Source of the DNA: Acinetobacter phage vB_AbaM_B9
Reading direction: 5' to 3' (one strand)
Sequence record: MH133207.1
DNA length: 64,000 nucleotides
The first letter of the stretch is position 1, and every line of letters begins with the position of its first letter. The notes beneath the pieces were generated by a model. The model saw nothing but the letters and a program-made list of their open reading frames with translations. It made no database searches and was not told the DNA's origin. A program made the translations under genes and the position numbers. Below, in pieces: positions 27,308 through 37,946 of this stretch.

Positions 27308-28351
27308 ATGTTAACAATTGATCAAATTGTTCGTGTTGTAATTCGCAGAGAAACATCAACAAAAACTGTTCGTGATCTTCAAAAGATTGCTATTCTCTCA
27401 GAACACACACGTTTTGCAGAAACTTTCAGACGCTATCAATCTACAACTGCTATGTTAGCTGATGGATTTTTAACCTCTGACTTTGCATATATTGCAGCAA
27501 ATCGAATCTTCTCTCAAGACCCTCAAGTAAAAGAAATCATTGTTGGTAAGGTAGTTGATGGTGGTACAGGTGTTGACTATGTATCAGAGATTACTAAGTT
27601 ACAATCTGAAGCTGCTGACTGGTTCTTCTTGATTACAGATGCTACTGATGATGCAGATAAACTAGCTATTGCTAACTATATTGAAACACAAACTGCTATC
27701 TATGTATTTAGTGATCACAATGCAGCAACTATCACTAACGCTACAACTGACATCTTCTCAACAATGAAAGAGCAATCTTTAATGCGCTCTATTGGTATCC
27801 ACGTTAAAGATGCAGCAGTAGTTGCAGCAGAAGCAGCGCTTGTTGGTAAGTTTGCAGTTGATGTAATTGGTAGTAATTTATGGTTGCATAAAACTCTTAC
27901 AACTCTTACTCCTGAGAATTTTAGTGGAACAGAAGTTGGTTACTTAAACGGCAAGAATGCTCTTTACTACACTAAAGTTGGTGCTGATTCAGTTGTTGAG
28001 GGTATGGCTAATGTAGTTGGTGGTGAGAAGATTCATGTCATCTTAGGAGCCATCTGGTTAGAAGTTCGTATTGGTGAGGCATTCTGGAATTTACTATACA
28101 CCAAGAATCGAATTCTTTATACAAATGGTGGTATTGATCAGTTCAAAGCTGTTCTTGTTACTATCTTAAATCAAGCTGTTGATAATAACATTTTAACAGA
28201 CGATACGCCTTTCCAAATCACTGTACCAGATGCTAATAAACTTACTTCTGCTGAACGTGCAAGCGGTGTTCTTTCTAAGATTACATTCCGCGCTCGTCTT
28301 GCTGGAGCTATTATCTTTGTTGATGCTGTTGAAGGCACTGTTTACGCTTAA
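27308..28351 (+). CDS. putative tail sheath protein
   Basis: 347 aa upstream of the tube, chaperone and TMP genes. The contractile-tail baseplate set downstream implies a sheath. Assignment is positional. Confidence 0.3.
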   Translation: MLTIDQIVRVVIRRETSTKTVRDLQKIAILSEHTRFAETFRRYQSTTAMLADGFLTSDFAYIAANRIFSQDPQVKEIIVGKVVDGGTGVDYVSEITKLQSEAADWFFLITDATDDADKLAIANYIETQTAIYVFSDHNAATITNATTDIFSTMKEQSLMRSIGIHVKDAAVVAAEAALVGKFAVDVIGSNLWLHKTLTTLTPENFSGTEVGYLNGKNALYYTKVGADSVVEGMANVVGGEKIHVILGAIWLEVRIGEAFWNLLYTKNRILYTNGGIDQFKAVLVTILNQAVDNNILTDDTPFQITVPDANKLTSAERASGVLSKITFRARLAGAIIFVDAVEGTVYA

Positions 28352-28369
28352 TAAAAGGAAAATAAAAAC

Positions 28370-28906
28370 ATGGCAAATACAATTACTTCATACATTCCAT
28401 CAGCGTTAACAATTGTTATCAACCATCCAGCAACTAACACAACACACGTTATTGGTGGTTATTCACAAGATTCAGTTGTTTCAATTGAATTCCCTGATGA
28501 AACATGGACAGAAACAGAAAGTATTGATGGTATCACAACACGTACACATCGCAAAACAACTACATATCGAGCAACAATTAGTTTAGATCAAACATCTCGT
28601 AGTAATGATGTTCTTTCCGCTATTGCTCGTTATGATGAACAAGATTTAACAGGTATTCAAGGTATTTTTACTTGTACTATTACAGATAAGTCTGGTCGTT
28701 CTTACATTTATTCAAGTCAATCATTTGTTAAGAAACCACAAACACAAGAATTTGGTAGTTCAACTTCTACTCGTGAGTGGATGATTGTCTTAGCAGCTAG
28801 TGATGCTTGGGTTGGTGGCTCTGGATTAATTGACCAAGAAACACAAGATGTTTTATCTGCATTTGGTGTTGTTGTTGATGATCAATGGAAAGCAATGACA
28901 GCTTAA
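28370..28906 (+). CDS. putative tail tube protein
   Basis: 178 aa. Position between the sheath candidate and the chaperones. Confidence 0.3.
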   Translation: MANTITSYIPSALTIVINHPATNTTHVIGGYSQDSVVSIEFPDETWTETESIDGITTRTHRKTTTYRATISLDQTSRSNDVLSAIARYDEQDLTGIQGIFTCTITDKSGRSYIYSSQSFVKKPQTQEFGSSTSTREWMIVLAASDAWVGGSGLIDQETQDVLSAFGVVVDDQWKAMTA

Positions 28907-28914
28907 GGTGATAT

Positions 28915-29490
28915 ATGTCTTTATTACATAGTTATGTTCCTAGCGCAACTAGAGTTAAACTTTTTGGAATTAATGTTGAGGGATTTGGTACAACAAACTT
29001 ATTTGAGATTGAACGTGATGCTCCAGCAACAACATTCCGAAAAGCAATGGATGGTAGTCACACAGCATTCGTTGATAAATATGGAAGCTATAGAATTAAT
29101 GTCTATGTAATGCAATCAAGTGAAGCTAACACATGGCTTCATTTGATTTTTAAAGCTTATCAGAAGTTTGGTGCTGACTTAAAGATTCCTCTAGAGATTG
29201 AAGATAAGAGTGGAAAATTACACTTTACTTCAATGGATTGTTTTTTTGAGACAGAACCAACAGTTACTAGAGGTTCAGAATTAGGTGAAGTTGTCTGGAC
29301 ATTTGTTTGTCACAATGGAGCCTACAATATTGCTGGTAACGGTAGTGTTGATGATCTTTACGATAAGTTAGCTTCAATCATTCGACTAATTGAAATTGGT
29401 GGATTAATTGGAATTGACTTTAGTGATTTCACTGACAAGATTATGGAGTCTGCTGATACAGCAATGACAAGATTGAGAACTTTAGTTTAA
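28915..29490 (+). CDS. tail structural protein
   Basis: 191 aa. ORF track. Confidence 0.3.
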   Translation: MSLLHSYVPSATRVKLFGINVEGFGTTNLFEIERDAPATTFRKAMDGSHTAFVDKYGSYRINVYVMQSSEANTWLHLIFKAYQKFGADLKIPLEIEDKSGKLHFTSMDCFFETEPTVTRGSELGEVVWTFVCHNGAYNIAGNGSVDDLYDKLASIIRLIEIGGLIGIDFSDFTDKIMESADTAMTRLRTLV

Positions 29491-29504
29491 TAGGAGCTTT
29501 ACAA

Positions 29505-30044
29505 ATGGGTATTCTAAATGAGATTGCTTCTAAGGCTAAAGATTTAATTCAAGGAAATAATTTACTTAATCGAAGAACACGTTCTTATGATGCAAGTAAG
29601 AATAGAATTGTTGTTGCTGGTTTTGAGTTAGATGGTGTTGTTGAAGCGACACTTTCCGCTAAAACAGTAGCTAAGTCAGATCAAGGTGTCAGTAAGTATT
29701 ACTACACTTATTATGAAGTACATGAACCATTAACTTTAAACATAACCGTATTACCAACAGCTAAGTGTAATGAGATTTTACAATTACTAGCATATACTCA
29801 GAATAAGAAAAAAGGATGGTTTACAACATACATTGTTGAGAATGGAGTTCCTGTTGATGTTTATAAATCAGTATTCTTAAACTTATCTGAAATTGGTATG
29901 CAAGCTGAAGGGCAAAATAGAACATACATTTTAGGCATCTGTGATGCAAACAACAATACTGTAGAACAAACAGAAAGTGTTACTGGAGAAGAGACTCCAT
30001 TAGAAACTTCTTTAGACACTCCTGTAGCAATTGTTCCAGAATAA
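29505..30044 (+). CDS. tail structural protein
   Basis: 179 aa. ORF track. Confidence 0.3.
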   Translation: MGILNEIASKAKDLIQGNNLLNRRTRSYDASKNRIVVAGFELDGVVEATLSAKTVAKSDQGVSKYYYTYYEVHEPLTLNITVLPTAKCNEILQLLAYTQNKKKGWFTTYIVENGVPVDVYKSVFLNLSEIGMQAEGQNRTYILGICDANNNTVEQTESVTGEETPLETSLDTPVAIVPE

Positions 30045-30067
30045 GAATAAATTTTAGGAGAAATTAA

Positions 30068-30463
30068 ATGTCTACTAAGACAAAACAAGTTATTAAAACA
30101 ATTAATGATCGAGCCTATGTAATTAACGCCTTTCGTGGAGAGAAGGGTTGGGAATTTCTTCCTCGTGTAGCCAAATACATTTTCCCATTTATCGGATTAC
30201 TTGGTGGTGGAGAAGAAATGACAGAAGAAGAAGCTGGTAAGAATCTTATGCTTTTATTGGAAGGTGAGAACGCTAAAGAGTTATCAGCTTTAATTAAAGA
30301 ATTGGTTGCTGACATTGAAGTGGGTGGTATGCGTATTAACTTCAATGAAGAGTTTGAAGAAAACTATGATGCATTATTAATTCTAACAATTGAAGTTATT
30401 AAATTAAATTACGCTAAATCTTTTCAAAGACTCGTTACGAATTTACAAAGCGTTCTAGCGTAA
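30068..30463 (+). CDS. tail assembly chaperone
   Basis: 131-aa acidic protein directly upstream of the tape measure. Confidence 0.45.
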   Translation: MSTKTKQVIKTINDRAYVINAFRGEKGWEFLPRVAKYIFPFIGLLGGGEEMTEEEAGKNLMLLLEGENAKELSALIKELVADIEVGGMRINFNEEFEENYDALLILTIEVIKLNYAKSFQRLVTNLQSVLA

Positions 30464-30522
30464 GTGAATCGTCAACGAGGGTAAATAAAGCAGAAATAGA
30501 GAAGATTGAAAAGACCTTCTCT

Positions 30523-30708
30523 ATGCCTTTAGCTTGGATTTCCATTCTTGATAATGCAGAAACAGATTATGTGTCTACATTACAAAAACTCAAGTATGAA
30601 TTAACCGTTGATGATGTTTACGATCTTTTAGAATATCTTGAGTACAAGAAGTGGAAAAATCACGAAGAAATGTTAGCACAGCAAGAACAACATAATAATA
30701 AAAGGTAG
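30523..30708 (+). CDS. second tail chaperone-region ORF
   Basis: 61 aa in the -1 frame relative to 30068..30463. That frame is open from 30418. Confidence 0.3.
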   Translation: MPLAWISILDNAETDYVSTLQKLKYELTVDDVYDLLEYLEYKKWKNHEEMLAQQEQHNNKR

Positions 30709-30713
30709 ATAGA

Positions 30714-32759
30714 ATGCAGATAGCAAGTTTATTCGCATCATTAGGGTTTAAAGTAGACACTAAAGGGTTAGATGCATTCCAATCTAAGCTTCGTGAAGTT
30801 CGTGGTGATACAGCACTATTTGCGCGTAACGCTAGGGCTTTAGCTGCTAACCTACGTAGTATGTCATCTGGATTAGACGGTGTTACTACTCGACTTGATA
30901 AGCTTTCATTAAAGAGAGCAAATGCTAACATTTCTGAAAGTTATAATCAAGTTGCTAAATCGGTTAAGGAATTAAATAACTCTTTAAATAGCATTGATTC
31001 CAACAGAAAAAGAATCACATTAAGTTTAGGGAAAATTCATTCATCAGTTAAAGCTGGTCAGCCTATTTGGGATAGGTATAAACAATCAGTTTTAGAAACT
31101 CAAGTAGCATTGGTGCAAATTAACGCACAATTGCGTCAAATTAGATCAAATTCTCCAATTAGAATTAATAACAATAGTTCCGGCTCTGGTCGCCCTTCCC
31201 CTAGAGGCAGTCAAAGGCAAAATGGTTTAAACTTAGGTGGTAGTGAAGGTATATTAGCTGGTGGTGGCTTCTTTAGATCAATGCTCCCTGCTGTAGCAAC
31301 TGCTGGCGGATTGCCAACATTAGGCTATGCAGTGTCTAAGATTGTTGAGCAAGGACGAGAAGTTCAGAAGATGGACATCGTTCTTAAAATGGCATCATCT
31401 AGCGCTGAAGAGTTTGGTAGAAACTTAGAGTTTGTCAGAAAGACAGCACAAGAAGTTGGTGTTGATGTAACAGAGTTTGGTCAAGCATACGCTAAGATGC
31501 TTCAAGCAACTAAAGGTGTTAAAGGTCTTGGTCTTGAAGATAAAGAGAAGATGTTTAAAGATTTATCGATTTACATGCGTACAATTGGTAGCTCTGCTGA
31601 TGATCAAAAAGGTATCTTCCGTGCATTAACTCAGATGTTTACAAAAGGTAAAGTTCAAGCAGAAGAACTTTTACAGATGGCAGAGCGTGGTGTCCCTGCT
31701 GCTATTGAGATTAAGAAAGCTGCAATCGAAGGTCTGAAAATGACTGAGAAGCAGTTTGAATTAGCTCAGAAGAAAGGTGAGCTTGATCCAGCAAAACTTC
31801 TCCCTATTATGTCTGCTAACTTAGCTAAATTAGCTCAAGATAGTGGTGCATATGAGAAAGCACTACAAACATCTGCAACAGCACAACAACGTTTCAAGAA
31901 TGAGTTAAAACTTTTATCTGATGAAATCTTACAAGGTGGTTTAGATCAAGGTCTTAAAAACTTATTTGAAAACTTAACTGATTTAATAAAAGTCACCAAA
32001 GAAGGTATTCAATGGTTAAAAGGATTTAAGAAAGGTTTAGATGAAGTTAGTGGTGGTAATTCAGGACTAATTCTTAGTATTGCTACACTTTCATTAGTAA
32101 TACTAAGATTCAGAAAACCCATCATGATTCTCTGGCAATCTTTTAAACTTGTTAGAGCTTTAGGTGGTGGTTTATCAACATTCTTTAGCGGAACATTCGT
32201 TAAGAGTGTGTTAAGGCTTGGTGGTAAGTTATTCTGGTTAGTTACAGCATTTGAAGCTGTTATGGCCATTGGTGATGCTTTAAATAAAGAAGCTGAAGGA
32301 ACTCCAACATGGATTAGTTGGTGGATTCTCAACTTAGAAACACTATACGTAAACGTTGTTTATTACATTGCTAAGATGCGATATGAATGGGCTAAGTTCA
32401 CTAATGATATGAGTAATAATGCTAAGTTATCGTTCTTTGGTGGTGAGCTTGAGTCTAGAAGAATTCTAAATAATGCTTATCAGAAAGGTAGTCAAGGTAC
32501 TGCTGATCAAGGAAATAAACCATCATTCAAGGAAAGATTAGGTGCTGCTAATGAAATCTATGGTCATGGATTTAAGAAGTTCTTTGAAGAACTATACAGT
32601 GGTCGTTTTGGAAGAATTAGTTACGAACCTTCTCAAATGAATGGTCAAGGAAGATTAGGTTACATTGAGATCATGCAAGATGGTAAGAGTGTTGGAAGAT
32701 TGGATTTAGATTCTGCTGGTAATAACCATGCCAAGATTACATCGGGGACATACTTTTGA
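30714..32759 (+). CDS. tail tape measure protein
   Basis: 681 aa. Alpha-helical. Hydrophobic TM-like segments near the middle. Position after the chaperones. Confidence 0.65.
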   Translation: MQIASLFASLGFKVDTKGLDAFQSKLREVRGDTALFARNARALAANLRSMSSGLDGVTTRLDKLSLKRANANISESYNQVAKSVKELNNSLNSIDSNRKRITLSLGKIHSSVKAGQPIWDRYKQSVLETQVALVQINAQLRQIRSNSPIRINNNSSGSGRPSPRGSQRQNGLNLGGSEGILAGGGFFRSMLPAVATAGGLPTLGYAVSKIVEQGREVQKMDIVLKMASSSAEEFGRNLEFVRKTAQEVGVDVTEFGQAYAKMLQATKGVKGLGLEDKEKMFKDLSIYMRTIGSSADDQKGIFRALTQMFTKGKVQAEELLQMAERGVPAAIEIKKAAIEGLKMTEKQFELAQKKGELDPAKLLPIMSANLAKLAQDSGAYEKALQTSATAQQRFKNELKLLSDEILQGGLDQGLKNLFENLTDLIKVTKEGIQWLKGFKKGLDEVSGGNSGLILSIATLSLVILRFRKPIMILWQSFKLVRALGGGLSTFFSGTFVKSVLRLGGKLFWLVTAFEAVMAIGDALNKEAEGTPTWISWWILNLETLYVNVVYYIAKMRYEWAKFTNDMSNNAKLSFFGGELESRRILNNAYQKGSQGTADQGNKPSFKERLGAANEIYGHGFKKFFEELYSGRFGRISYEPSQMNGQGRLGYIEIMQDGKSVGRLDLDSAGNNHAKITSGTYF

Positions 32760-33610
32760 TATACACATTAATCATTAAAAACTCAGATGGACAAACCTCT
32801 TCGGTTATTTCATTTAGCTCTGTTCGCTCTTTTTCTGAATCATTAGGTGCTACTACAACAGATAATGTTGTTGAATATGGATTCCCTGTTTCTGATCACA
32901 TGTTAGTTAGTAATATTACATTTGACTTGGATGTGATTGTTACAGGTTTTTCAGTGTTTGATGAAAATCTAGAATTATTTTGGAATGGTTCTGATTTTAC
33001 AACAAATTCACCAGATCAATTGACTACACAAAATACACACTTATTAATGAGAAAACAATTAAAGGATTTGATTCTTAATCGTATTGTTTTCTCATTACTT
33101 ATCACAGAAGATAATTCTTTTGTTCAAGATATTAATACCAAAGAAGCACAATTACGTAAGAGTATTGTTGATGAGTATGTAAACTGTGTTTGTACAAGTT
33201 TAACACTTTCTGAATCTGAAGCAACAAGTGGTGCGATTTTTGCTAAATTAAATATCAAACAGATTCGCTCTGCGTTAGTTAAAACAAGAGAATTAGAGCA
33301 AGGTGAAAGAGTAAGACAAATTGATCGTATTGCTCCAACACCAACAGTTTCTTCACAGAACTCTTCTGATGCAAGTAAAGGTGTCGATTCGGATGGTAAT
33401 TCTGATTTATCTAAAGAAACTAAAGATATATTAAATGGTAAAGAACAAGGTAAATTACCAAAATCTCCAGAAACAGGTTTATCACAAGCTGAGATTAACA
33501 GAAGACAAGTTGAATCCAATGCTATTGCTACAGGACATATTCAAAACAAACAGAAATTAGCTGAAGCAGCGAGGTTGGATGCAAAAAGAGAGGCTGGAGA
33601 TTTTAGATGA
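32756..33610 (+). CDS. distal tail or baseplate-associated protein
   Basis: 284 aa. ATGA overlap with the TMP gene. Confidence 0.35.
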   Translation: MIYTLIIKNSDGQTSSVISFSSVRSFSESLGATTTDNVVEYGFPVSDHMLVSNITFDLDVIVTGFSVFDENLELFWNGSDFTTNSPDQLTTQNTHLLMRKQLKDLILNRIVFSLLITEDNSFVQDINTKEAQLRKSIVDEYVNCVCTSLTLSESEATSGAIFAKLNIKQIRSALVKTRELEQGERVRQIDRIAPTPTVSSQNSSDASKGVDSDGNSDLSKETKDILNGKEQGKLPKSPETGLSQAEINRRQVESNAIATGHIQNKQKLAEAARLDAKREAGDFR

Positions 33611-33999
33611 TTACAGACGATACAGACATTTGGTATATTATCAAACTCTCCCTTTATGATAATTTAAATTATTATAACGATATTGTAATAGATGGAGTTT
33701 CTTGTAGATTAACGTTTGAATACAACGAAAGATTAGGGACAAGGTATTTATCTATTATAACAGCATCAGGTACAGTATTACTCAGTAAAACACCATTGTT
33801 TGTTGATAATGAAATTTATCTTGACACCAATGCTGACTTAATTGGGATACATCAATGTTTTTTTAAATTAGTAAAACTAGATAAAACATTAGATGATGAT
33901 CTGGTTAATTGGCAAGGTAATTACATACTTTTCATTAAAGGTATATTTGATGATGTTTATGATGACTATATGAATTTTATTAAATCATTAGTCGTTTAA
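33607..33999 (+). CDS. baseplate assembly protein
   Basis: 130 aa. Overlap coupling. Confidence 0.3.
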   Translation: MITDDTDIWYIIKLSLYDNLNYYNDIVIDGVSCRLTFEYNERLGTRYLSIITASGTVLLSKTPLFVDNEIYLDTNADLIGIHQCFFKLVKLDKTLDDDLVNWQGNYILFIKGIFDDVYDDYMNFIKSLVV

Positions 34000-34008
34000 G
34001 GAGGGAAT

Positions 34009-35322
34009 GTGGCAGACATTAAGGGCTTTCAAATCGGAAGATTACTTGAAGTCAATATTTATAATTATAATAGTAATGAGGTCGTCACATTCTCAGGTTT
34101 CGATATTGAATGTGAATTCTATAAAACAGATGATGCTGTGAATGAAGCTTCGATTGGTAAAGTTGCAATTTACAACATGACAGATGAAACATTCAATAAG
34201 ATTAATATCACAGGATGTGAGTTAGAAGTTAAATTCGGTTATGAGGCTACAGAAGCTAAAGCTCAGAGATTGTTCTTAGCTTTTGTCACTGCTGTTGATA
34301 GACACATTGATGGTAGTAATGTTATCACTGTATTTCAAGTATCTCTTAATTTTAAAGAGTACAACTTCACACCAGTTACAGTTTCAAAAAAAGAAAAAAC
34401 CATAGGCTCAATTATCACACAAGTTGGTGAATTCTACGATGCTGTTTTTAAGATTGATTTAGGAAATATTCCCAAAGACCAACAAAGCAAGGTTGCAGAA
34501 TATATTACAACTGGTTTAATTCCAAAGTTTACTTTCAACGGAACACTAGATGAATTCTTAAAAAGAATTAATAATGACTTTGGTTTAACAAATCATAATG
34601 TAAGTGAAGACATTAAAGGAAGTAAAAACAAATTAGTTAAGGAATTAATTTTTACATTCAGAGATAATTACGTTCCTATTATTATCAATAAAGTTAACAA
34701 ACCTTTTGCAAAGATAAAAGAACAACAAGAATTAGATATCCTGTTCCAAAGAGATACTTCGGATGTTGTTACAATATTGAATCACGATACAGGGTTATTA
34801 GGAACACCACAAGTTGAATATAAAATTCAGCGTGTTTCTGAATATTGGAATTTTGCTGAAACTGATCAACAGACATTTGAATCTCAGGTAAGACAACAAG
34901 ACAGGAATATTCGAGAAGCACAAGCTTCATTAAAACGTGCTGAACGAGAAGCTAAAGCGAAAGAAAAAGGTAAAACATTAAAACCTAGAAAACCTAGAAA
35001 AGCTGGAACAATTTCTGTAAGAAGAAAATACTTAAAAGCTAGGGCTTTACCAAATCCAGCAGTAAGGCCTTTAAGTATCATTGAAATACAATCTAAAATT
35101 AAAGAAAATAGTGGGTTGTATCGTGTTCGGGGTGTTCATTTTAGTGTTAACAACTTTAAGCAAGATGTCTATATGGAAATGACATTAGAAAGTGTTGATA
35201 CAGAAGATAAAGTTGTTTATGTTGATCCAACAACAGAAAATGATTTCGAAATGAATGGTAGCTTAGGTTATGACATCTCTGTTGGTAGTGAAAGTGATAT
35301 CGAAACAGGAGGTATCGAATAA
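34009..35322 (+). CDS. putative baseplate hub protein
   Basis: 437 aa. Lys-rich basic stretch KPRKPRKAG. Assigned by position. Confidence 0.35.
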   Translation: MADIKGFQIGRLLEVNIYNYNSNEVVTFSGFDIECEFYKTDDAVNEASIGKVAIYNMTDETFNKINITGCELEVKFGYEATEAKAQRLFLAFVTAVDRHIDGSNVITVFQVSLNFKEYNFTPVTVSKKEKTIGSIITQVGEFYDAVFKIDLGNIPKDQQSKVAEYITTGLIPKFTFNGTLDEFLKRINNDFGLTNHNVSEDIKGSKNKLVKELIFTFRDNYVPIIINKVNKPFAKIKEQQELDILFQRDTSDVVTILNHDTGLLGTPQVEYKIQRVSEYWNFAETDQQTFESQVRQQDRNIREAQASLKRAEREAKAKEKGKTLKPRKPRKAGTISVRRKYLKARALPNPAVRPLSIIEIQSKIKENSGLYRVRGVHFSVNNFKQDVYMEMTLESVDTEDKVVYVDPTTENDFEMNGSLGYDISVGSESDIETGGIE

Positions 35323-36044
35323 TGAGAGATTTAGCTCCTATTATTAAAAATATTTCAATGAATGAAATGAAGTCTCTTAATTTTTGTATGCCTGCTGTAG
35401 TGATTGGTATTGATCGAATAAAAGATGGACTAATTGATGTTGCTCCAGTTATCGATAAGTTCACTTCAACACTAGGTTATACTGAGTATGAACCAATACA
35501 TGATGTCCCAATCATCACTCCTAATACGTCTACAACGTCCATACAGGTTCCTATCAATCAAGGTGATGGTGTACTACTACTTTTCACTCAAAGTGACCCT
35601 AGTGAGTTTATACAGGGCTTAAAAGATGCTCATGAGCCTAACACAAACTCATTTCTTTCTTTAGACAATGCAGTTGCTTTAGTTGGATTCAATCCATACC
35701 AAGAATCGGTTTACAACAATAACAATTATAAAAACCAATTAGACAACACAGCTTTAAATATTGTTCACAATAAAAATACAGAAAATGAAGTTATGATGTC
35801 GTTTAAGTCAGATGGAACTATGAGTCTCATTTGCAATAAAGTTAATGTGTCGTGTAAGCAAGCTGATGTAAAAGCAGAGACAGTGAGTGTTGATTCAAGT
35901 CTTATTGATGCCAAAAACTCATTAATTAAAACTGATAATGATGTATCTATTAAAGGTAAATCTGTTTACACATTTATGACAACACATACACATGGTGGTG
36001 TTATGAGTGGTGGAAGTAACACAGCACCCCCTAATCCACTATAA
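35322..36044 (+). CDS. baseplate spike or V-like OB-fold protein
   Basis: N-terminal OB-fold-like segment MPAVVIGIDRIKDGLIDVAP. 240 aa. Sits before the gp25/W-like gene. Confidence 0.4.
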   Translation: MRDLAPIIKNISMNEMKSLNFCMPAVVIGIDRIKDGLIDVAPVIDKFTSTLGYTEYEPIHDVPIITPNTSTTSIQVPINQGDGVLLLFTQSDPSEFIQGLKDAHEPNTNSFLSLDNAVALVGFNPYQESVYNNNNYKNQLDNTALNIVHNKNTENEVMMSFKSDGTMSLICNKVNVSCKQADVKAETVSVDSSLIDAKNSLIKTDNDVSIKGKSVYTFMTTHTHGGVMSGGSNTAPPNPL

Positions 36045-36056
36045 CAAGGAAATAAT

Positions 36057-36473
36057 ATGGACTTCTTCTTAGATCAAAACACAAAAGACCTTGTATTAGT
36101 AGATGGTGATTTTAAAATTATTACAACACAGCAAGAACAGTTAATGCAACGCTTATTCATTAGATTAAAAACGTTTGCGAGAGATTTGTTCTGGAATCCT
36201 TCTTACGGTATTGATTACTTAAACAAGGTTTATGGCTTAAATAGAAATAAAAATACAGTTGATGCTTTACTGTTAAGTGAAATTCAAAAAGAAGAAATGG
36301 TTGAGTCAGTGACTTCTTTTGAATCTGAAATACAGAATTACAAATATGGATGTAAGTTTTCAGTGAAATTACTTTCTGTTGATATTCCAATAATTTTCTA
36401 CACTTTGGTTACTGAAAACGGATTAACACTCACAGATGAGAACGGAAATATTCTCACTGCTCAATTAGCTTAG
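36057..36473 (+). CDS. baseplate wedge protein gp25/W-like
   Basis: LMQRLFIRLKTFARDLFWNPSYGIDY matches the conserved core of GPW/gp25-like proteins. 138 aa. Confidence 0.6.
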   Translation: MDFFLDQNTKDLVLVDGDFKIITTQQEQLMQRLFIRLKTFARDLFWNPSYGIDYLNKVYGLNRNKNTVDALLLSEIQKEEMVESVTSFESEIQNYKYGCKFSVKLLSVDIPIIFYTLVTENGLTLTDENGNILTAQLA

Positions 36474-36481
36474 GAGAAATA

Positions 36482-37936
36482 ATGACTATATCGTTTAGTG
36501 AGACAGGGATTGTTGTCGACACACAAGAACAAATCAGAGACCAAATGGCAGCTAATGCTAAGGTTAACTTAGCTCCATTCTTAGGACAAACAGAATTAAA
36601 AACAGATGATTCTAGTGTTATTGGTAGGCACTTAGCAACTGTAGCAAGACCAGCAGCACAGAACGCTGAATTACTACAACCAATATTAGATCAATTCGAT
36701 CTTAATAAAGCACAAGGTGTTCAGTTAGATAACATTCTCTGGAGAATTCACCGCATAAAACGGAAAGGACTATCCCAAGCAGAAGGATTGCTCATGTTGT
36801 TTGGTGATGTCGGCACAGTTGTTTCAGAAGGTAGTGAAGTATCTAATAGTAAAACTGGTGATGTATATTCTATAAATAATGATGTCACTTTTAATGAAAA
36901 TGACTGTAACGGTATTGAGATTGTAATTAGTTCTGTTGGCGGTACATACACTATCAATTATTCTGTTAATGGCTTCTTATCAGAATCACCAAGTGTCATT
37001 GTTACAACTGGCGTTAATGATACAACAATTCAACAAATTGCAGATCGTATTGTTGATGCCGTTAATTCACAAACATCCTATTTAACAGCTTCTAGAAATA
37101 ATGATAACAGTGTAAAAATTATTATTACAGATCAAAACAATACTGGTGATTTTTCAGTAACAGGAAGTATCTCAATCGTAAGAGCTTACAAACCTGTTTA
37201 TGCAACATCACAAACATATCAAGCTGCTGAAAGTAACGCTGGTGACGTTTCTGTTGTACGAACTACTGTATTAGGTTGGAGAGGTGTTACCAATCCTTTT
37301 GTTATTGCAGCATCACAAGGTGTTGAAGAAGACCCTGATTATCGTTACAGAGGGAATCTGATTAAAGGTAATAATAACACATCTTCTCGTAATTCTCTAC
37401 TTGCAAGAATTGAAGCTGTTCGTGGGGTAAGTTTTTTAAGCATTCAAGCTAACAACACCCCAAATCCAACAGGATCGGGAATCATTAATAATGGATTAGC
37501 AATCACTGTTCAAGGTGGTAATGAAGATGATATTGCAATAGCTATTGCTGATGCTATCGCAGATGGAATTGAAACGTCTGGAACAATTACAAAAATCACT
37601 AAAGATAAAAATGGTGGTGACAAGATTGTTCGCTTTTCAAGACCACAGACTGTTCCGTTGAAAATTTCAATGTCTATTACTATTGCTCCAAACTTCCCTA
37701 CAAATGGTAAGAATTTAATTAAACAAGCTATTGTGGATTGGTTCAATGAATTGAATGTTGGTGATGATATTTACTATTCTCGTCTATATGAGCCAATTAA
37801 CTCAATTTCTGGATTTAGTGTCCGTAATTTAAAGATTGGTAAATTAGACGGTAGTTATGTGACAGACGACATTATTCTTGGACACAACGAAGTAGCAACA
37901 ATTAGTGCTGAAAATATATTCATTGGTGGTAGTTAA
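36482..37936 (+). CDS. baseplate J-like protein
   Basis: 484 aa directly after the gp25-like gene. Conserved P2 W-J-I order. Confidence 0.5.
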   Translation: MTISFSETGIVVDTQEQIRDQMAANAKVNLAPFLGQTELKTDDSSVIGRHLATVARPAAQNAELLQPILDQFDLNKAQGVQLDNILWRIHRIKRKGLSQAEGLLMLFGDVGTVVSEGSEVSNSKTGDVYSINNDVTFNENDCNGIEIVISSVGGTYTINYSVNGFLSESPSVIVTTGVNDTTIQQIADRIVDAVNSQTSYLTASRNNDNSVKIIITDQNNTGDFSVTGSISIVRAYKPVYATSQTYQAAESNAGDVSVVRTTVLGWRGVTNPFVIAASQGVEEDPDYRYRGNLIKGNNNTSSRNSLLARIEAVRGVSFLSIQANNTPNPTGSGIINNGLAITVQGGNEDDIAIAIADAIADGIETSGTITKITKDKNGGDKIVRFSRPQTVPLKISMSITIAPNFPTNGKNLIKQAIVDWFNELNVGDDIYYSRLYEPINSISGFSVRNLKIGKLDGSYVTDDIILGHNEVATISAENIFIGGS

Positions 37937-37946
37937 GGATTAGATC

